A stretch of 54,364 nucleotides of DNA. Origin: an uncultured bacterium. Lineage in GTDB: Bacteria; CSSED10-310; CAZUFC01. Shown in pieces: positions 48,352-54,364 of this stretch. The DNA is taken from contig CAZUFC010000053.1 of the NCBI GenBank assembly GCA_964619725.1, forward strand, positions 1 to 54,364. The letters run 5' to 3'. The notes below the pieces were generated by a model. It did not search any database. It was not told the origin of the DNA and was given only the letters and a program-made list of their open reading frames with translations. Positions within the stretch are counted from its first letter, which is position 1; the number at the start of each line of letters is the position of its first letter. A program made the position numbers and the translations under genes.

Positions 48352-48756
48352 TCAGAGTCCCACGTCCGGCACAAATTTGAATCCGTACATAATCATTCCG
48401 CTTGTGCCTTCTTCATTGATGCGACGGAATTGGGCCGTCATACGGTCCCCAATTTTCAAATCTTCCGGATCGCAGTCGGTTATTTGAGCCATCACTCGGA
48501 TGCCTTCATCCAGTTCAACGATGCCGACGGCAAAGGGCGCCAGATCGCCGAACCCCATGGGCGCTACTCGAATGATGGTATACGTGGCCAGATGACCTTT
48601 GCCCGACAGTTTGACGGTATCGAACTCACGGGACCGACATTCCGGGCATACAAGCCGCGCCGGAAGATGGATATTACCGCATTTGACGCATTTGCCCGCT
48701 TCCATTCTATAACGTTCAGGGGTTTCCCTCCAGTGCCTCGCTACATGATGTCCCAT
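48352..48756 (-). CDS. DUF35 (Zn-ribbon + OB-fold) scaffold protein
   Basis: CxxC...P.R..CPEC, G.LATYT.I, PFAVGIVEL.EG, YGFKF; start abuts the thiolase stop. Confidence 0.9.
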   Translation of the reverse strand: MGHHVARHWRETPERYRMEAGKCVKCGNIHLPARLVCPECRSREFDTVKLSGKGHLATYTIIRVAPMGFGDLAPFAVGIVELDEGIRVMAQITDCDPEDLKIGDRMTAQFRRINEEGTSGMIMYGFKFVPDVGL

Positions 48757-49910
48757 TATCGCGCCTCCAGGATGTGAGTGATTGAACTGGCGCCGGAGCC
48801 GCCCATATTTTGCGTCAGGGCTATGCCGGCGTTTTTGATTTGTCGTTGTCCCGCTTCACCCCGCAACTGGTTGACGGCTTCAACCACCTGCGCCACGCCC
48901 GTGGCGCCTACGGGATGCCCCTTGGCTTTCAGACCCCCGGAAGGATTCACAGGAAAATCACCGTCCAACGCCGTCAGGCCGTCCATAACTGCAGGGCCTC
49001 CCTGACCGGGTTCAACTATTCCCAAAGCTTCCATGATCATTATCTCGGCAATCGTAAAGCAATCATGAACCTCGGCAAAGTCAACATCCTTAATCGATTT
49101 GTCGGCCATCTGCAACGCCCTCTCAACAGAAACCTTAACCGATTCCAACTGAGCCAGGTTCTTCCTCTGGCATAAAGCTATGGTATCGGTCGCATTGCCT
49201 ATTCCCGTAATGACCGCATAAGGTTTGTTCAGTTTTTTCGCCTGTTCCTCTGTCGTGAGCAACACTGCTGCAGCGCCGTCTGTGATCGGCGAGCAGTGAA
49301 AAAGGCGTACGGGGTCCGCTATCATTGTGGAATTCATGACGTTTTCCAGCGTTACCTTGAAAGGATATTGAGCATTAGGATTCATGCTGCCGTTATGATG
49401 ATTTTTGACCGCTACCTGAGACATTTGTTCCAGGGTAGTGCCGTATTGATGCATATGAGCGTTGGCCATCATGGCGTAGAGTCCCGGGAAGGTGACGCCG
49501 TGAAAGGCTTCGTAATCCTGATCGGATGCGGAGGCCAAACCGAATGTGGCTTCACCGCCGTCAACATCCGTCATCTTTTCCACCCCGACTGCCAGGACAG
49601 TTTCCGCCAGGCCGGAAGCTATCTCCATGTATGCCGTTTTTACCGCAAGACCACCGGATGCGCATGCTGATTCAACTCTCGTCGAAGGCACGAATCGCTG
49701 CCCCATATAGTCCGCCACCATTGAAGCCAGATGCTCCTGAGCGTTAAATAACCCGCTTGACATGCAACCGACCGTGATCGCATCCAACTTGTCCGCTTCA
49801 GCATCATCCAGACACTTCAGGGCCGCTTCTACCGCCAAATCACGCAGAGATTTTTCCCATAACTCTCCCCACTTCATAATTCCTATGCCGATTACTGCTA
49901 CATCTTGCAT
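48756..49910 (-). CDS. Archaeal-type acetoacetyl-CoA thiolase
   Basis: [38 protein letters not shown] 49910 after GGAGGTG. Confidence 0.88.
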   Translation of the reverse strand: MQDVAVIGIGIMKWGELWEKSLRDLAVEAALKCLDDAEADKLDAITVGCMSSGLFNAQEHLASMVADYMGQRFVPSTRVESACASGGLAVKTAYMEIASGLAETVLAVGVEKMTDVDGGEATFGLASASDQDYEAFHGVTFPGLYAMMANAHMHQYGTTLEQMSQVAVKNHHNGSMNPNAQYPFKVTLENVMNSTMIADPVRLFHCSPITDGAAAVLLTTEEQAKKLNKPYAVITGIGNATDTIALCQRKNLAQLESVKVSVERALQMADKSIKDVDFAEVHDCFTIAEIMIMEALGIVEPGQGGPAVMDGLTALDGDFPVNPSGGLKAKGHPVGATGVAQVVEAVNQLRGEAGQRQIKNAGIALTQNMGGSGASSITHILEAR

Positions 49911-49922
49911 GAGATTCACCTC

Positions 49923-50969
49923 CTATTCCGGTTTCCGTATTTTGCGCCTGAATTTGGCGTAGGTTCCATATTGAATGTAAATCTTATGCTCATCCAACTG
50001 CTTCCGCGTCCTCGGAGCCGCATCGCGCACCTTCGTCAAACGGTCTGTCGTTCGAAATACAAAAGCATCGCTGCCGGCTCCCGATCCGTAAGAACACAAC
50101 AATATCATCTGACCGGGCTGGGCTTCGTCCAGAGTGGCCGCCAGCCCCATGGGCGACGAGCCTGAATAGGTGTTGCCTAAGTAAGGACATAATAATCCGT
50201 ATTTATATTGCGGTTCTTTGAATCCTAAACGTTTGGCGGCATTCGCAGGAAATTTGCCGTTGGGCTGATGAAATATCACATAATCAAAATCTTCCGGCTT
50301 CATTCCTACCTTCTCCAACATGCCTTTCGTCGCTCCGTCAATGTGCTTCTCATAAGCCGGTTTGCCCGTGAAACGCCCTCCATGCTCAGGATAATGCGCA
50401 TGCTCGCGGCGCCAGAAATCCGGAGTATCAGTCATATAGCAATGAGTATCAATCAGTTCGGCGATCACATTCTCGCGGCCCATTATGAAAGCCGCCGCTC
50501 CTGCTGCAGCAGAATACTCCAGTGCATCTCCCGGCGCTCCCTGAGACGTGTCCGCTCCGATGCCCAGCGCGTACTCGACTGTGCCTGCTTTGACCAGATT
50601 AAGAGCGATGAACATCCCTTCCGTCCCTGCCTTGCAGGCGAATTCCAAATCCGCCGTGTGAACGTAAGGACAAGCGCCCAGGGCCTCTGATACTACTGTG
50701 CCGGTCGGTTTGACCGCATAAGGATGCGATTCGCTGCCCACATATACGGCCCCTATCTTCGCAGCATCAATACCGGCGCGCCTTACCGCATTGCGAGCGG
50801 CATTGACCGACAATGTCAGACAATCTTCATCCGGCGCAGGTACCGATTTCTCAATCAGATTCAATCCGCGCTTATAGGCCGGCGCATCAGTCCCCCAGAC
50901 TTTCGCTATCTCTTCTACCTTGATCCGGTACCGGGGAATATGAGTTCCGTATCCGACAATTCCTATCAT
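49923..50969 (-). CDS. mvaS: Archaeal-type hydroxymethylglutaryl-CoA synthase (UPF0219)
   Basis: GSESHPYAVKP (Glu), DLEFACKAGT (Cys), FHQPNGKFP (His), GNTYSG, SYGSGAG. Confidence 0.88.
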   Translation of the reverse strand: MIGIVGYGTHIPRYRIKVEEIAKVWGTDAPAYKRGLNLIEKSVPAPDEDCLTLSVNAARNAVRRAGIDAAKIGAVYVGSESHPYAVKPTGTVVSEALGACPYVHTADLEFACKAGTEGMFIALNLVKAGTVEYALGIGADTSQGAPGDALEYSAAAGAAAFIMGRENVIAELIDTHCYMTDTPDFWRREHAHYPEHGGRFTGKPAYEKHIDGATKGMLEKVGMKPEDFDYVIFHQPNGKFPANAAKRLGFKEPQYKYGLLCPYLGNTYSGSSPMGLAATLDEAQPGQMILLCSYGSGAGSDAFVFRTTDRLTKVRDAAPRTRKQLDEHKIYIQYGTYAKFRRKIRKPE

Positions 50970-51382
50970 TCAAACCTCCTTTTTCCTCTTTGTGCCTTCT
51001 GTGTAACTCTGGAATTTTGGGAATACACTCTATTCCGGCTTTCCAGCATTACGGACTTTTAATCCGGCCCAGTTTACAGAAAAATGAAGAATTAATCAAA
51101 TGCCGCTTACCACTTTTCCAGTCTGACGAATATCAAGTTGCTTCCGGATGCCGGATATCCTGCCCTGTTGGGTTTGCGACGGACGCTGATCCCTTTCCGA
51201 TGCCTGATGCCGTGCGGCGGATGCTGATCGCCGGACGACGGATTGCGCTGGAATATTTATGACTTTGGTGCAGGGCTTTAAACGGGAATCTGAATCTTTG
51301 ATTGCAGCTTCAGGGGATGAGTATGGACTGGCGAAGAGACGATATTCAGATGTTGCGGAGAACTATTTCCTATCTCTTCCGT

Positions 51383-53299
51383 TCAACCGTGGCGCTCATC
51401 ATTTTCAGAATGAAGAGGGCGAAGAACGCTCAGGTTTAAAAATATCACCGTCGATAAGAGGACAATGACCAGCGCTATTGCTTCGTATCCCAGGTTGGGG
51501 ACCGGTAAAGACACAGCGGTCGGGGTTGGAGAAGGGGTCGGGATAGGAGTCCTGGTGGGAGTGGGCGGGGGCGGACCTACAGCCGGGTAATCTCCGGGAG
51601 GTTTACTTTTGATCTGCTGTTGAACTATCACGGAGTCGATAATGATATCCTGGGTCGCCAGGTATAAATCATCAAAGGGAATGGGATTAATAGCTTATTG
51701 CAGGCGTTCGTCCATGATGCCTTTATGCAATGAGACGCGACAGGCATTTTTTTCTGAACTGCACTTATCGCTCCGGCTTGAAGTTCCTGCGTAGCCTGCA
51801 ATCATGTCAGACGGCAAATCCCCGGTCATGGCATCCAGAAAACCGATTTCGAAACATGAGGGTGAATTCGGCAGCAGATAACGGAATTGAGGAAGTATCG
51901 TTATTCCCGCAAGATTGAAAAACGCATAAAAATTCTTTAATTCCGGGTCATCGGTCTCCGTCAGTATAAAAACGTCGAAAGCAGGATCGAAAACCGGTAT
52001 GAAGAACGGCGCCACTTGGATGTCTAGGGTTCTGAATCCCAAATCGGCATAGCCGTGTAACAGAGGTGGAGCGGAAAAATCGCCGGTATTGCGAAAAAAA
52101 TAAATAACCTCGTCTGATGCTGCTATAAAATCGGTGTAATATGAATAATTGTAGAGGGGACCGAGCGCTATTTCAGTGATCTGATGCCCCATTTCATAGA
52201 CTGGGAGATCGTGAAGTGATATGGCGGCGTTTTCCAACTCGATGAAACCGGCGTTTTTATTCGAATTTCTTCCAACATGCTGGAGCGAATAATAAAATCG
52301 AATGTTTTTATGTTCTTCCGGAGGCAGTGAAGCATCAGACTCAAATGCGGCCATCAAATCGTCCGTATTTTGACCGAACCAGGGATTAAAAAAGTTTTCA
52401 CAAGCGATCTGGATCAGGCGACAGTCTTCGATGACGAAAGAGTAATCCTCCATTTTTTCCCCGAGGGCGAAAGAAGCGGATTCTTCGGGATCGGGGGGCA
52501 TGAGTTCAATGTCATAGGTAACGATAGCGCATCGGTAATCCTGCGGATCAACGGGATTCATAGCCAGGATAAGTTCTTTTTTTCCGTTTCCGTCAGGATC
52601 GGATGGTCCGTCGACGTCCCCGGCTGCAATGGAAACGATTGAGGCCGGAGTAAATTCTCCCGGAACGTCGTCATCAGGGATGTGAGAGGTGATGAAGGCG
52701 GCCCTGTTTAATTCCTGATGGTTGTTGACGTATATTAAACCTTCTTCAGCCGAAGCATCCCGACGTTCAAACAGGTATAAATTGTAATGAGGTTCTTGAG
52801 CCGTGCCCGGATCGGATTCATCTGTGGCGACGATGAGGTCGAGATGATAAGGATCGGAAGCGTTATCCATCAAGGGCGCAGTCGCGAGTTGAACGATTCG
52901 GCCGAAGCAGGGCGGAGACAACACAGGGGCAGGTTGAGCCTCGCCGGAAAGCAGCAGTCTTCCCGGAGTCTGCCATCGTCCATCCTGCTCCGGTTCGCAA
53001 TAATATGTGTTGCAAATCATAAATACTCTGACCTCATCGCAGTCAAGCGACTCGTTATGCGACGCAAAAGCCGCCTCCGCAAGAAGAGAACAGGGAAGAG
53101 GATTCGCAGCAGGCGTAGGAGAATGCGCCGGTGTGTGCGACGGCGTAACTGTCGCTCGATTGGATTTCGTATTGAAAATATGAGGTGCGTGATCAACAGT
53201 TCCTTGAACTGCAGGCGAGAATGACTCTATCGAACACATTAAAAAACACAGTATGAAAAATAAAAGGCATGACCTTAAATTCACAATGACTCCCCTCAT
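51383..53299 (-). pseudogene. Exported FG-GAP-like protein with PT linker and C-terminal anchor, interrupted by an in-frame TAA at 51695-51697
   Basis: ORFs 51695-53299 and 51383-51631 share one frame; the 21 codons between them (AINPIPFDDLYLATQDIIIDS) are open. Confidence 0.7.
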
Positions 53300-53395
53300 C
53301 CGCTCGCCTCCTTACAGAACCGATGATCGTATGATTTTTACATCTTCCAGTTTAATATCAATTATTGCGCTGGGTCAATAAAAACTGAAAAAAAT

Positions 53396-53550
53396 GGGAC
53401 TGATCAACCCGGGGTTACACTTCTTTCATAACTTTTAGCTGTTTGCTTCAGTAATCGGGGTCGAGGTCGGTATCGGAATCGCAATCGAAACAAAATGATG
53501 GGATATTCTGTAGAATTTTAACCTCAAAAGATGCATTTCTGATCAATGAC
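53396..53550 (-). mobile_element. MITE family A, copy 5, with 8-bp target-site duplication
   Basis: Inverted copy; AAAAAAAT at both 53388-53395 and 53551-53558. Confidence 0.88.
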
Positions 53551-54058
53551 AAAAAAATAAATCATTACCGATTCGACAACCGTCTTGCATTTTTCCCTTC
53601 GTTTCATTTACGATTTTTCATCAGAAATCAACCACGAATCACCTGAATCACACGAATAAGAGGGACGATATTGACGTAAATCGCACTTCGTCCGGGTTTT
53701 ATACAGAACGAATATCCGGGAAAGAGTTTATCCATAGTGAGGGCGCCGGTACGAACCCGGAAACCACAAAACATGTCAAAGGAGACAAATAATTATTCAA
53801 GTTCATCCGTCAAATACTACAGCGAAGTTTATCGCCCGCCCTGACCTTTCCGACGACCCCTCTTTTTTCGCGTGAATTCGTGAAATTTCGCGGATCAAAA
53901 AAATCCGCTCCTGCATCGGCAAATCATTAAAACGTTTCCTGAAAATCATTATCCGCAAATTCACGCCAATTTACGCGAAAAGAGAAGAGCATAAAGATTA
54001 GATTTTAAGGTTGGCGGCGCCGTTACGGGTCAAGAGTTCAATATCACCTTATTGAATT

Positions 54059-54150
54059 GGGGACTGGTCAAGCCGGGGTTACACTTCTTTCAAGACTTTT
54101 GACAATTTGTTTCGGTGATCGGGGGTCGGTAGCGGTATCGCAATCGGAAT
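54059..54150 (-). mobile_element. MITE family A, copy 6 (partial)
   Basis: GGGACTGGTCAAGCCGGGGTTACACTTCTTTCAA...ATCGGGGGTCGGTAGCGGTATCGCAATCG. Confidence 0.75.
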
Positions 54151-54201
54151 AGGTGATTGCAAGGAAATTTGTTTTGTCTTTATAATATTTTCAAGGCTAC
54201 T

Positions 54202-54364
54202 TAGTTTTTGTCCATAAACGGCGAATTTTCCCCAGCACTGCGTCAGGCTGCGGATTTACTCAGTCAACGTATATGCATTACCCCTGCCTCGCAAATCCTT
54301 GCCTTCCTTGCCTTAAGAAAAATTCACCCGTTTATGGATCAAAAACCCAAGTGGCTGTCCAACA
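54202..54364 (-). repeat. Repeat family B/C, inverted copy cut by the window end
   Basis: Reverse complement of ~11930-12091 at high identity. Confidence 0.85.

Noticed and set aside
51100-51260. Loose GGATGC(C/T)-like heptamer repeats upstream of HMGS
   Set aside because: Too degenerate and irregular to separate from chance.

Overview
A 54.4-kb bacterial segment of about 50% GC, probably from an anaerobe of an uncharacterised lineage; the sequence alone does not fix the taxonomy. Left part (1-16.4 kb): a truncated PhoD-like gene, a broken collagen-like gene interrupted by a 181-bp element, a ~3150-aa surface protein made of 7 tandem beta-helix modules, a one-module paralogue, an Hpt protein and an FG-GAP protein. 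Middle: a GH36 alpha-galactosidase, then a C4 acyl-CoA cluster (Pta-like/butyrate-kinase fusion, MeaB, an isobutyryl-CoA-mutase-type B12 mutase, ACAD, crotonase, HAD, SCP2-type thiolase). After that come an arsR-arsP-arsEFG-like operon, a HEAT-protein/metzincin pair, cobO and a PAS hybrid kinase. Right part: a minus-strand cluster joining the archaeal-type HMG-CoA synthase/thiolase/DUF35 triad to a biotin-dependent carboxylase, an ACAD and a LiuC-type hydratase, with no HMG-CoA lyase. This is the best candidate for an undescribed pathway. Four exported proteins share an IPTL-CTERM-like C-terminal sorting signal, and at least three MITE/REP-like repeat families pile up in intergenic spaces. I recognised no rRNA, tRNA, CRISPR array or transposase. 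All product calls come from motifs recognised by eye, not from database searches.
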